From assembly GCA_902539195.1 (NCBI GenBank), contig CACBHZ010000004.1, forward strand, positions 3,562 through 67,561: a DNA stretch of 64,000 nt, read 5' to 3'. Positions 1 to 8,277 of the stretch are shown here, one piece after another. Made by a program: the position numbers and the translations under genes. This DNA comes from an uncultured Pelagibacteraceae bacterium. Its GTDB lineage: Bacteria; Pseudomonadota; Alphaproteobacteria; Pelagibacterales; Pelagibacteraceae. The notes under the pieces are model-generated. The model was not told the origin of the DNA and made no database searches. It was given only the letters and a program-made list of their open reading frames with translations. How positions within the stretch are numbered: position 1 is the first letter of the stretch; each line of letters starts with the position of its first letter.

Positions 1-690
1 CCTTTGTCTTAATTCATCTTTAGAAATATTTTCTTTCTCAGGTTTAATATCTAAACTTCTATTCATATTCAAAGCCTGTTGTAATGTATTTTTAGATTTA
101 CTCATGTCTTCTTCAAAAAAATTTACTCCATCTGTGTTAAACGGAGGTAACCATGCTCCTTCGGATCCTCTTGATGGATTAATAACCCATTTGTCAGCTT
201 GTCTTAAAAAATCCATCACATCAATTAAGATATGACTTTCAATAATTCTTTCATTTTTAATTTCATGAATTTCACAACATTTAAGATTAATCATTTTAAA
301 ATTTGGTTTTATACCTAACCAAGGCTTTAAAAAGAAACCTGATAAAGTAGAATAAGAGCCAACTTGAACTTTGTCTCTAAAAGAGCCTCCAAGGATGATA
401 TTTTCTCTTCTTTCGATGTCTGGAAATGCATCAAATAAAGGATTCCAAAATTTTTCTATAAAATTATCTATGCCATTAAATTCATTTAATGGTTCAAAAC
501 AATTAACTTTGATATCTTTGTCAAATATATTTAGTAAATTTTTTTTAAGATTAATCTTTTTTAATCCATAAATATTTCTAAAATTCTCAATAACAAATTT
601 TTTATTATTTAAGTTTTGGATAGGTGTAATTTCTACATCTTCAATGTTTTTCTTAATTTTAAGACCTGTATCAAATTGTTCTATTTGCAT
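1..690 (-). CDS. SnoaL-like/NTF2-fold (ester cyclase family) protein, 3' end truncated by the window edge
   Basis: Absent from the ORF track; translated by hand from the ATG at 690: MQIEQFDTG...FIEKFWNPLFDAFPDIERRENIILGG...PWLGIKPNFKMINLKCCEIHEIKNERIIESHILIDVMDFLRQA..., open to position 1. The AFPD, WLGI.P and final beta-strand pattern are typical of SnoaL ester cyclases. Confidence 0.75.
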   Translation of the reverse strand, partial: MQIEQFDTGLKIKKNIEDVEITPIQNLNNKKFVIENFRNIYGLKKINLKKNLLNIFDKDIKVNCFEPLNEFNGIDNFIEKFWNPLFDAFPDIERRENIILGGSFRDKVQVGSYSTLSGFFLKPWLGIKPNFKMINLKCCEIHEIKNERIIESHILIDVMDFLRQADKWVINPSRGSEGAWLPPFNTDGVNFFEEDMSKSKNTLQQALNMNRSLDIKPEKENISKDELRQR

Positions 691-731
691 AAATTGCAAT
701 TTATATTTAAATAGAGATAAATAACAAGAAT

Positions 732-1670
732 ATGATTGATAGATTGGCAAAATTTAATGAGCTCGTTCCGAGTAGCCTTCCTTTTGTAGAGGGTAGATTA
801 GAAGGTCATAAAGAAAGAAAAAATTATACAATTATTGGACGTGGTGTCGCTGAAGACACCAAACAACTAATAAAAATACAGTCTTTACATGGGTATAATT
901 TAGGAGCAGTGAGTGCTAAGCCAAAAAATGGATCTGGTCTTCACAGTCATACTACGGCTGAAGTATTTGTAATTTACTCAGGTAAATGGAGATTTTATTG
1001 GGGTGCTGATGGAAAACAAGAAACAATATTAGAAGCTGGCGATATAATTTCAATGCCTACAAATATGTTCAGAGCATTTGAAAATGTTGGAGATAAAGAA
1101 AGTTTGATGTTTGTTGTATTAGGCGGAGATGATCCTGGTATAATAACATGGGTTCCAGAAATTTTAAAAAAGGCAAAAGAGACCGGTATGGCATTGCTTG
1201 ATGATAATTCGTTAATAGATTTAAAAAAGGTTGAAGTGCCTAACGGTAGAAAGATGATAGAGCCTATCACTCAAGATGAATTAGAAAGATTTGATAATTA
1301 TTTGCCAGAAGAATTAGAAAAAAATATTTATAGAAATAAACAAAACAATATTAGCGATGAAGTTAATGGTATTAAATTATATCAAGTATTAGGAAACAAT
1401 TTTAATAAAAAAACTTATGAACCTTCAATCAAACAAGATACTGGATTTAATTTAACAACATTAAATTCAATATCTGGTGAAATTAAAGGTATTGAATGTA
1501 TAAAACCTACCGTTCTTTTTGCTCAAAAGGGTAATTGGAAAATAGTAATAGGAAACTCAAATATAAAATTAGAAAAAGGAGATACTTTTTCAGTTCCTTT
1601 GAGTAGCAAAATAGATATCTTTTGTAATAATTCAGAAAATAGTATTTTAAATTTTGTTAGTCAGATCTAA
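732..1670 (+). CDS. Cupin-domain protein (bicupin-like, second domain degenerate)
   Basis: Cupin motif 1 GLHSHTTAEVFVIYSG, motif 2 LEAGDIISMPTNMFR; C-terminal KLEKGDTFSVP repeats motif 2. Confidence 0.8.
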   Translation: MIDRLAKFNELVPSSLPFVEGRLEGHKERKNYTIIGRGVAEDTKQLIKIQSLHGYNLGAVSAKPKNGSGLHSHTTAEVFVIYSGKWRFYWGADGKQETILEAGDIISMPTNMFRAFENVGDKESLMFVVLGGDDPGIITWVPEILKKAKETGMALLDDNSLIDLKKVEVPNGRKMIEPITQDELERFDNYLPEELEKNIYRNKQNNISDEVNGIKLYQVLGNNFNKKTYEPSIKQDTGFNLTTLNSISGEIKGIECIKPTVLFAQKGNWKIVIGNSNIKLEKGDTFSVPLSSKIDIFCNNSENSILNFVSQI

Positions 1671-2629
1671 TGAAAGGATTTGATAGTAATTATAAAAATT
1701 TAACTGATTACATTTTAAAAATTACTAAACAAATTTGGGAAGGGAAAGATGTCGAGTCGATATCTAAATATTATTCAGAGAATATCCCTGTAAGATCACC
1801 CTTTGGAGTAACCTATGGTTTTAAACCTGTTATTGATGCAACTTATAAAACTTTAGACGAATTTCCAGACAGACAATTATTAGGTGAAGATGTAATTTGG
1901 AGTGGAAATGACGATGAAGGATATCATTCATCTCACAGAATTCTGAGCAAAGCTACACATTTAAATGACGGGTATTATGGAAAAAAAACAGGAAACAAAA
2001 TTGTTTATAGAGTTATTGCTGACTGTGCATGTAAAAATAATCAGGTTTATGATGAGTGGATTGTGAGAGATCAAGGTGCAATGGTTCGACAGCTAGGTTA
2101 TACACCTGAGCAATTCGCAAGGCATTTAATTGATAAAGAAGGTGGGGCATCTAAAGCTATCAAAGTTTTTAATAGATCTTCTGATAAAAAGTCAGATTAT
2201 ACTCCAGTAAAAGTTAATGAAGTTTCATCAGGTTATATATATTCCAATATTTTAAAGAAAATATTTAATAATGATTATCATTTTGAAGATTATGATAGAG
2301 CAGCCAGTCTATTTTGGCCAAGTAATAAAGTTGGAAATGGCAGTGAAGATATAATTAAATATTGGAGCTCTTTAAAAAATATATTTTCTGAAATAAAGTT
2401 TACAATCGAACATGTTGCATCATTAGATGAAAAAAATAATAATCAAAAAGCTACAATCAGATGGTTTTTAAGTGGTATGCATTCTAAAGACAGTGAAGAA
2501 TTTGGGAAAAAGACTGACAAAGATTTATTTATAATGGGTATAAATCATGCAGAATTAAGAGATAATAAAATAATAAGAGAATGGGTATTGTTTGATGAAG
2601 TGGCTATTTGGAAACAAATATTAATGTAA
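1670..2629 (+). CDS. Tandem SnoaL-like/NTF2 (ester cyclase family) protein
   Basis: Two SnoaL-like repeats: FPDRQL...ATH...YGKKTGNKI...EWIVRD and FSEIKFTIEH...GMH...FGKKTDKDL...REWVLFDE; start overlaps the cupin stop codon. Confidence 0.75.
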   Translation: MKGFDSNYKNLTDYILKITKQIWEGKDVESISKYYSENIPVRSPFGVTYGFKPVIDATYKTLDEFPDRQLLGEDVIWSGNDDEGYHSSHRILSKATHLNDGYYGKKTGNKIVYRVIADCACKNNQVYDEWIVRDQGAMVRQLGYTPEQFARHLIDKEGGASKAIKVFNRSSDKKSDYTPVKVNEVSSGYIYSNILKKIFNNDYHFEDYDRAASLFWPSNKVGNGSEDIIKYWSSLKNIFSEIKFTIEHVASLDEKNNNQKATIRWFLSGMHSKDSEEFGKKTDKDLFIMGINHAELRDNKIIREWVLFDEVAIWKQILM

Positions 2630-2634
2630 AAACT

Positions 2635-3762
2635 ATGGATAAAATTAAAACCACACATGTTGGAAGTCTGCCAAGATCAAAAAAGCTATCTGAGATACTA
2701 TTTAAAAAAGATAAAAATGAATTATTTGATCAAGGAGAACTTGATAAGATAATTGAAGAAGATGTAAACAAAATTGTAAAAAAACAAATTGATATCGGGA
2801 TTGACATTATAAGTGATGGTGAAATGTCAAAAATAAGTTACGCTACCTACGTCAAGGATCGATTACACGGCTTTAGCGGTGAAAGCGAAAGAAGAGCTCC
2901 TAAAGACTTGGATGATTTTCCATCATATAAAGAAAAAATTGCAAAATCAGGGGGTACGCCTACTTACACAAGACCATGTTGTACTGCTGATTTAAAAATC
3001 AAAGATACTAAGTCTCTTACTAAAGATATCAGTAATTTAAAATCAGCGTTAAAAAAAAATAACCATCCTCAAGGATTTATTAACTCTGCTTCACCAGGAG
3101 TAATTTCAAATTTCCTTCCAAACAAATTCTATAAAAATGATGATGATTATTTAGAGGCATTATCAAAAATGATGAAAACTGAATATGATGAAATAACAAA
3201 GAATGATTTATTATTGCAAATTGATTGCCCAGATCTTGCTCTAGCAAGACATATGACTTTTAAAAATGTATCAGATGAAGAATTTTTGGTTAGAGCTGAA
3301 AAACAAATCGAATGTCTCAATGAAGCAATCAAAGATATCGATGCCTCTAAGTTGAGAATGCATATCTGCTGGGGAAATTATGAAGGACCACATATTCACG
3401 ATATTGGATTAGAAAAAATATTACCTATTGCTTTAAAAGCAAATATCCAAACTTATTTAATTGAGGCCTCAAATCCAAGGCATGCTCATGAGTGGAAGGT
3501 TTTTGAGAACATCAAACTTCCTAATGATAAAGTAATAGTTCCTGGTGTAATAGACTCAACATCAAACTTTGTAGAGCATGAAGAATTAGTAAAAAATAGA
3601 ATAATTCAGTATTCAAAAGTAATTGATAAAAATCAATTAATGGCTGGAAGTGATTGTGGATTTAGTACTTTTGCTGGCTTTGGAAATGTGGATGAAAATA
3701 TTGTTTACAAAAAATTTGAATCTTTGGTCGCAGGTGCAGAGCTTGCGTCAAATGCGATTTAA
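2635..3762 (+). CDS. Single-domain cobalamin-independent methionine synthase II (MetE C-terminal-like / epoxyalkane:CoM transferase-like) Zn enzyme
   Basis: TTHVGSLPR, SDGE, LQIDCP, Zn ligands HICWGN, IEASNPRH and SDCGF; start taken at ATG 2635, just after the upstream stop. Confidence 0.85.
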   Translation: MDKIKTTHVGSLPRSKKLSEILFKKDKNELFDQGELDKIIEEDVNKIVKKQIDIGIDIISDGEMSKISYATYVKDRLHGFSGESERRAPKDLDDFPSYKEKIAKSGGTPTYTRPCCTADLKIKDTKSLTKDISNLKSALKKNNHPQGFINSASPGVISNFLPNKFYKNDDDYLEALSKMMKTEYDEITKNDLLLQIDCPDLALARHMTFKNVSDEEFLVRAEKQIECLNEAIKDIDASKLRMHICWGNYEGPHIHDIGLEKILPIALKANIQTYLIEASNPRHAHEWKVFENIKLPNDKVIVPGVIDSTSNFVEHEELVKNRIIQYSKVIDKNQLMAGSDCGFSTFAGFGNVDENIVYKKFESLVAGAELASNAI

Positions 3763-3835
3763 AAACTACTTTTAAATTCCCTAAGGAATATATATCCTTT
3801 TATACATAAATTTAAATTTAATGAGGGAAACAAAT

Positions 3836-5056
3836 ATGAAAAAAATATTAATATCTTTATTGTTTCTTCTTTTTGGAACTTCTGCTTACGCAGATTGTAA
3901 CATTAAGAGTGGATCAATAAATATTTTAGCTAATGATTTTCCAGCTTTAAGAACTTTTGTGGAAACTGCTAAAGGATGTAAAGGAAGTGCGGATTTTAAA
4001 GTCACACACTCATCTGAGCACAATAAAATTGCTGTGCCAGCTCTAACTGCAAATCCATCAGAGTTTTCTGCAAGAATTGCAGCAAATAGCTCTATAGTTC
4101 CTTTGATGAACCAAGACTTAATTAGACCACTTGATGATCTTGTTAAGAAATATGGAAAAGGAATACAAGACTCTCAATTGATAACAATTGATGGAAAAAT
4201 AATGGCAGTTGCTTTTATGGCAAACACTCAGCACTTATATTACAGAGAAGATGTTTTAAAAGAATTGGGTATAGCTGTTCCTAAAACATATGAGGAAGTA
4301 GTTGCGGCATCAGAAAAAATAAGAGCATCTGGTAAAATGCAATATCCTTACGCAGCAGCATACAAAGCTGGTTGGAATTTAGCAGAAGAATTCGTTAACA
4401 TGTACATTGGACATGGAGGAGAATTCTTTAAAGCAGGAACTGCTCAGCCAAGCATTAACAATGCAAAAGGTGTAGCAACATTAAATATGCTAAAAAAATT
4501 AGCAGGTTTAAGTAACCCAGATTATTTAACTCACGATAGTGAAGCTATTAAAGTTGAATGGGAATCTGGAAATGTTGCATTAATGACTCTTTGGGCATCA
4601 AGATCAGGAACATTGCTTGATGATGATGGTGATGCAAAAATTACAGCTGCAACTAAATTAACTGGACCAGCAACAGTTGCTGGAGGAAACATACCAGCGG
4701 CGACTTTATGGTGGGACGGTTTCACATTAGCAAAAAATAGATCTGACGCTGATGCTGAAGCAACATTTAGAGCTTTAGCACATGCAGCCGCTAACAAAAA
4801 GATGGTTGCGGATGCAGCAGATCAAGCTGTTTGGTTAATTGAAGGTTTTAAACCTGGACCAAAATCAATTGGAGTTATCGAAGCTGTTAAAATGAAAGCT
4901 AAACCATATCCAATGTTACCACAAATGGGTTTAATGCATGGTGCATTAGGAAGTGAGATTGTTGAATTTTTACAAGGTAAAGAGTCAGCAGAACAAGCTT
5001 TAAAAGATGTTGAAGCAGCTTACATGAGTAAAGCAAAAGAACAAGGCTTTCTATAA
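3836..5056 (+). CDS. ABC transporter solute-binding protein (CUT1 carbohydrate family)
   Basis: Signal peptide MKKILISLLF...AYA, HLYYREDVL..LGI.VPKTYEE motif, GAGGGA RBS before ATG 3836, followed by two permeases. Confidence 0.9.
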   Translation: MKKILISLLFLLFGTSAYADCNIKSGSINILANDFPALRTFVETAKGCKGSADFKVTHSSEHNKIAVPALTANPSEFSARIAANSSIVPLMNQDLIRPLDDLVKKYGKGIQDSQLITIDGKIMAVAFMANTQHLYYREDVLKELGIAVPKTYEEVVAASEKIRASGKMQYPYAAAYKAGWNLAEEFVNMYIGHGGEFFKAGTAQPSINNAKGVATLNMLKKLAGLSNPDYLTHDSEAIKVEWESGNVALMTLWASRSGTLLDDDGDAKITAATKLTGPATVAGGNIPAATLWWDGFTLAKNRSDADAEATFRALAHAAANKKMVADAADQAVWLIEGFKPGPKSIGVIEAVKMKAKPYPMLPQMGLMHGALGSEIVEFLQGKESAEQALKDVEAAYMSKAKEQGFL

Positions 5057-5068
5057 TCAATAAATTTT

Positions 5069-5092
5069 AGGTGGGGATGAAAATCCCCACTT
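5069..5092 (+). terminator. Stem-loop after the SBP gene (mRNA stabiliser or partial terminator)
   Basis: GTGGGGAT-GAAA-ATCCCCAC (5071-5090), perfect 8-bp stem with GNRA loop, short T tail. Confidence 0.7.
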
Positions 5093-5101
5093 ATTACATT
5101 A

Positions 5102-6130
5102 ATGCCTAACAAAACTTTTTTTTGGTTTTTCTTGCCAACTGGATTGGCAATGATTTTATTTATAGGTCTTCCTATTATTTCAACAGGGATACAATCATTT
5201 TATGCGCAGCACGACCAAGTTGTTAAGGAAGTAAAAAAATGTGATCCTTTTGGATGTACAGTTTCTATAGTTGTTGACCAAGAAAAAACCTCTAAAATTC
5301 GCGAAGAAAAGCCTTTAGGAAAATTCAATGGATTTGGAACTTATGTAGATAGAAATCATCTTGCAATAGAAGAGATTGGAAATTTTTGGAATGAAACAAA
5401 TAGTTTTGGGGAATTTGTAGATCAAGTTACCAACCTACCCTTTTACAAGGCTCTAATTTTTACTTTAACTTATTGCTTGTTTGTAACACCTAACGTCTTA
5501 CTTTTAGGTTTTATAATTGCTTTAAGTCTTAATGCAGTAACCAGAAGAATTAGAGGACCATTAATATTTGGAACCATATTGCCAATGATTGTCACTCCAT
5601 TGGTAGGTTCTTTAGTTTTATTTTGGATGATAGATGCAGAAGGAATTATTGGCGCGAATTTGCAGATGTTAATGGATGACCCTTATTTATCGTTAAAATC
5701 CTCAAAAACTCTTACTTGGATAACTATAATAATTTATGGAATTTGGCACCATTCACCATTTGCTTTTGTAGTATTTTATGCAGCTTTACAAACTGTTCCC
5801 CAAGAACCTGTTGAAGCAGCTATTATTGATGGAGCATCAAGATGGCAGAGAGTAAGACATATTGTTTTGCCTCATATTTATCCCGTAGTTACATTTGTTG
5901 CTCTTATTTCATTGATGGATAATTTTAGAGTGTTTGAGCCTATAATTGGTTTCAGTGCTGAAGGAAGCGCTCAATCTTTGTCATGGTTGATTTATGACAA
6001 CCTCGTAAATGAGGAAGTGATATTATTTGGTTCAGCCGCTGCAACTTCAATGATGACAATTGTTGGGATAGCGATACTTTTAGCACCAGTTTTAATAAGA
6101 ACTTGGAAAGAATTTAGGACAGCGAGATAA
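5102..6130 (+). CDS. CUT1 ABC permease (MalF-like) with a Cys-containing periplasmic insert
   Basis: EAA motif EAAIIDGASRWQ; multiple TM segments; CDPFGC in the first loop. Confidence 0.9.
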   Translation: MPNKTFFWFFLPTGLAMILFIGLPIISTGIQSFYAQHDQVVKEVKKCDPFGCTVSIVVDQEKTSKIREEKPLGKFNGFGTYVDRNHLAIEEIGNFWNETNSFGEFVDQVTNLPFYKALIFTLTYCLFVTPNVLLLGFIIALSLNAVTRRIRGPLIFGTILPMIVTPLVGSLVLFWMIDAEGIIGANLQMLMDDPYLSLKSSKTLTWITIIIYGIWHHSPFAFVVFYAALQTVPQEPVEAAIIDGASRWQRVRHIVLPHIYPVVTFVALISLMDNFRVFEPIIGFSAEGSAQSLSWLIYDNLVNEEVILFGSAAATSMMTIVGIAILLAPVLIRTWKEFRTAR

Positions 6131-7012
6131 ATGGAATACGGACTTGATAAAAGATCGAATGCTTTAAAAATTTTTAATACAACCTTTATAATAGTATGGT
6201 TGTTGGTTGCATGCTTTCCCTTTATTTGGACTTTCTGGGGGTCATTTAAAGTAAGAGCTGATTTTTTTTCAAGAGCTGACTGGTGGTATGCTATTACAGC
6301 ATTCAATACGTTGCTAGAAACTGGAGGAAAGTTTACAACAGATGCTTATAGTCAAGCATGGACTGAAGGAGAGTTTTGGAAAGCATCTAGGAATACAGTT
6401 ATAGTTACATTTTTTGTTGTAACCATTTCATTGTTCCTCGGGACCTTAGGAGCTTACGCTTTATCTAGGTCTACAAGAAATTATGCATTTTGGATTTTAA
6501 TTGCAGCATTAATTTTTAGAGCAATGCCTCATATTACATTAGTCTCTGGTTATTTATTTCCTTTTTTTCAATTACAAATTTGGGGAATACTACCGACGAC
6601 CATCGTTGTTCTTGTTGCAATAAATCAACCATTTACTTTGTGGTTATTGTATTCATTTTTTAAAACTGTTCCTAAAGAACTTGATGAAAGTGCTTTAATT
6701 GATGGCTGCTCTTATTTTCAAGCATTTAGACATATCATTATGCCAGTTATGTGGCCTGGAGTAATAACAGCTGGATTATTTAGTTTAATGCTTGCGTATA
6801 ATGATTTTACAGTGACAGCTCTTTTATTGAATCAGGAAAATCATACTATGGTACCCAAAATCCAAAGTTATCTTGGAACAAATCAACATGAAGGTAATTT
6901 GATGTGGGCTGTTTCAGCAGTTGTTTCAGCTACTGCTCCTTTATTTATGTTGGTTATGTTTTTCCAAAGACAAGTAATCAGTGGATTAACAGCTGGTGCT
7001 GTGAAGGGATAA
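6131..7012 (+). CDS. CUT1 ABC permease (MalG-like)
   Basis: ELDESALIDGCS EAA motif; C-terminal FQR..ISGLTAGAVKG. Confidence 0.9.
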   Translation: MEYGLDKRSNALKIFNTTFIIVWLLVACFPFIWTFWGSFKVRADFFSRADWWYAITAFNTLLETGGKFTTDAYSQAWTEGEFWKASRNTVIVTFFVVTISLFLGTLGAYALSRSTRNYAFWILIAALIFRAMPHITLVSGYLFPFFQLQIWGILPTTIVVLVAINQPFTLWLLYSFFKTVPKELDESALIDGCSYFQAFRHIIMPVMWPGVITAGLFSLMLAYNDFTVTALLLNQENHTMVPKIQSYLGTNQHEGNLMWAVSAVVSATAPLFMLVMFFQRQVISGLTAGAVKG

Positions 7013-7671
7013 TGAATTACAAAGCTGTTTTATTTGGTTCTATTGGAACTTTAGCTGAGACTTCAGATCTTCAAAGAGATGCATTTAATGAAGCTTTTAA
7101 AATAAGTGGATTAGACTGGTTTTGGGATGAAGATATATACAGAAAACTATTGTCAAAATCAGGTGGAACTACGAGAATTAATGATTACGCAAAAGATACT
7201 AGTGTTGAAATAGATGGAAAAAAAATAAGAAATTTAAAAACCAAAATTTTTAATGAATATTTAAACAAACACAAAGTTGAGCCTAGAGACGGTGTAAAAG
7301 AAATAATTCAATTTTGCAAAAAGAACAAAATAAAAATTGGGCTTGCTAGCTCAACAACAAGTAACAATATCAATTCTATATTTAACTCGTTAAGAGGAAG
7401 AATTGAAAAAAAAGATTTTGATTTTATCGGCAATAATGAATTCATATTAAGAGAAAAACCATATCCCGATATTTATAATTATGCTTTAAAATACTTAAAT
7501 ATTAACTCAGACGAATGTGTGGCAATTGAAGATACAGAAGAAAGTTTAAATTCTGCTTTAAGTGCAGACATAAAATGTGTTGCATTTCCTGGAAAATATC
7601 ACACTCAATACGGATTTGATGGGAACCATTTAAAGGTTAATAAATTATCAAAAAAAATCTTTAATAAATAA
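7012..7671 (+). CDS. HAD-IA (CbbY-like) family protein with non-canonical motif I
   Basis: Start at ATG 7012 overlapping the permease stop: MNYKAVLFGSIGTLAETS..QR.AFN.AF; KPYPDIY and AIEDT motifs. Confidence 0.8.
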   Translation: MNYKAVLFGSIGTLAETSDLQRDAFNEAFKISGLDWFWDEDIYRKLLSKSGGTTRINDYAKDTSVEIDGKKIRNLKTKIFNEYLNKHKVEPRDGVKEIIQFCKKNKIKIGLASSTTSNNINSIFNSLRGRIEKKDFDFIGNNEFILREKPYPDIYNYALKYLNINSDECVAIEDTEESLNSALSADIKCVAFPGKYHTQYGFDGNHLKVNKLSKKIFNK

Positions 7672-8275
7672 TATCTCTAATAATGTAAAAAACTATACCT
7701 GACATAAATATTATAATAAAAATATTTATATATTTCCAAAAGCTTTTATTATTTAATTTATTTGAAAAAATCTTAGATAAGTATCCTAAAGAAAAGAAAA
7801 ATAAAAAAGAGGCTATTGAAGCACCTATTCCAAAGTAAATTTTGTTTTCAATATTAAAGGATTTTGAGAAATTTCCTAAAAAAAATACTGTATCAGAATA
7901 TACGTGAGGATTTAAATATGTAAAACCTAAGGTCTTAATAATGATATTAAATGAGCTCTGTGCTATGACATTATTTTTGAATTCTAAAGATCTAAATTTA
8001 AATATTTCCTTAATTTTTCCATAAATAAAAAAAGATAAAAAAATAATTAAAAGGATATTTAAAATCAGCTCCACTACATTATTAAAATAATAAGAAAAAT
8101 AATTAAATAAAAAGATACCTAAGAAAATTAAAATCAAATCAGATAATGCACAGACTAAGCAAACTAAAAATATATATTGTTTCTTTAGTCCTTGTTCTAT
8201 TACAAAAACATTTTGTGGTCCTATTGCAAAAATTAATGTTAAACCCGTCAAAAAACCTAAAAAAAGAAAAGACAT
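7661..8275 (-). CDS. LysE/ArgO family amino acid exporter
   Basis: LIFAIGPQNVFVIEQGL and TYLNPHVY motifs; hydrophobic. Confidence 0.85.
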   Translation of the reverse strand: MSFLFLGFLTGLTLIFAIGPQNVFVIEQGLKKQYIFLVCLVCALSDLILIFLGIFLFNYFSYYFNNVVELILNILLIIFLSFFIYGKIKEIFKFRSLEFKNNVIAQSSFNIIIKTLGFTYLNPHVYSDTVFFLGNFSKSFNIENKIYFGIGASIASFLFFFSLGYLSKIFSNKLNNKSFWKYINIFIIIFMSGIVFYIIRDIIY

Positions 8276-8277
8276 GT

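Noticed and set aside
6904-7011. N-terminal extension of the HAD ORF (MGCFSSCFSYC...)
   Set aside because: It overlaps the permease in another frame; ATG 7012, coupled to the permease stop, gives a normal HAD N-terminus.
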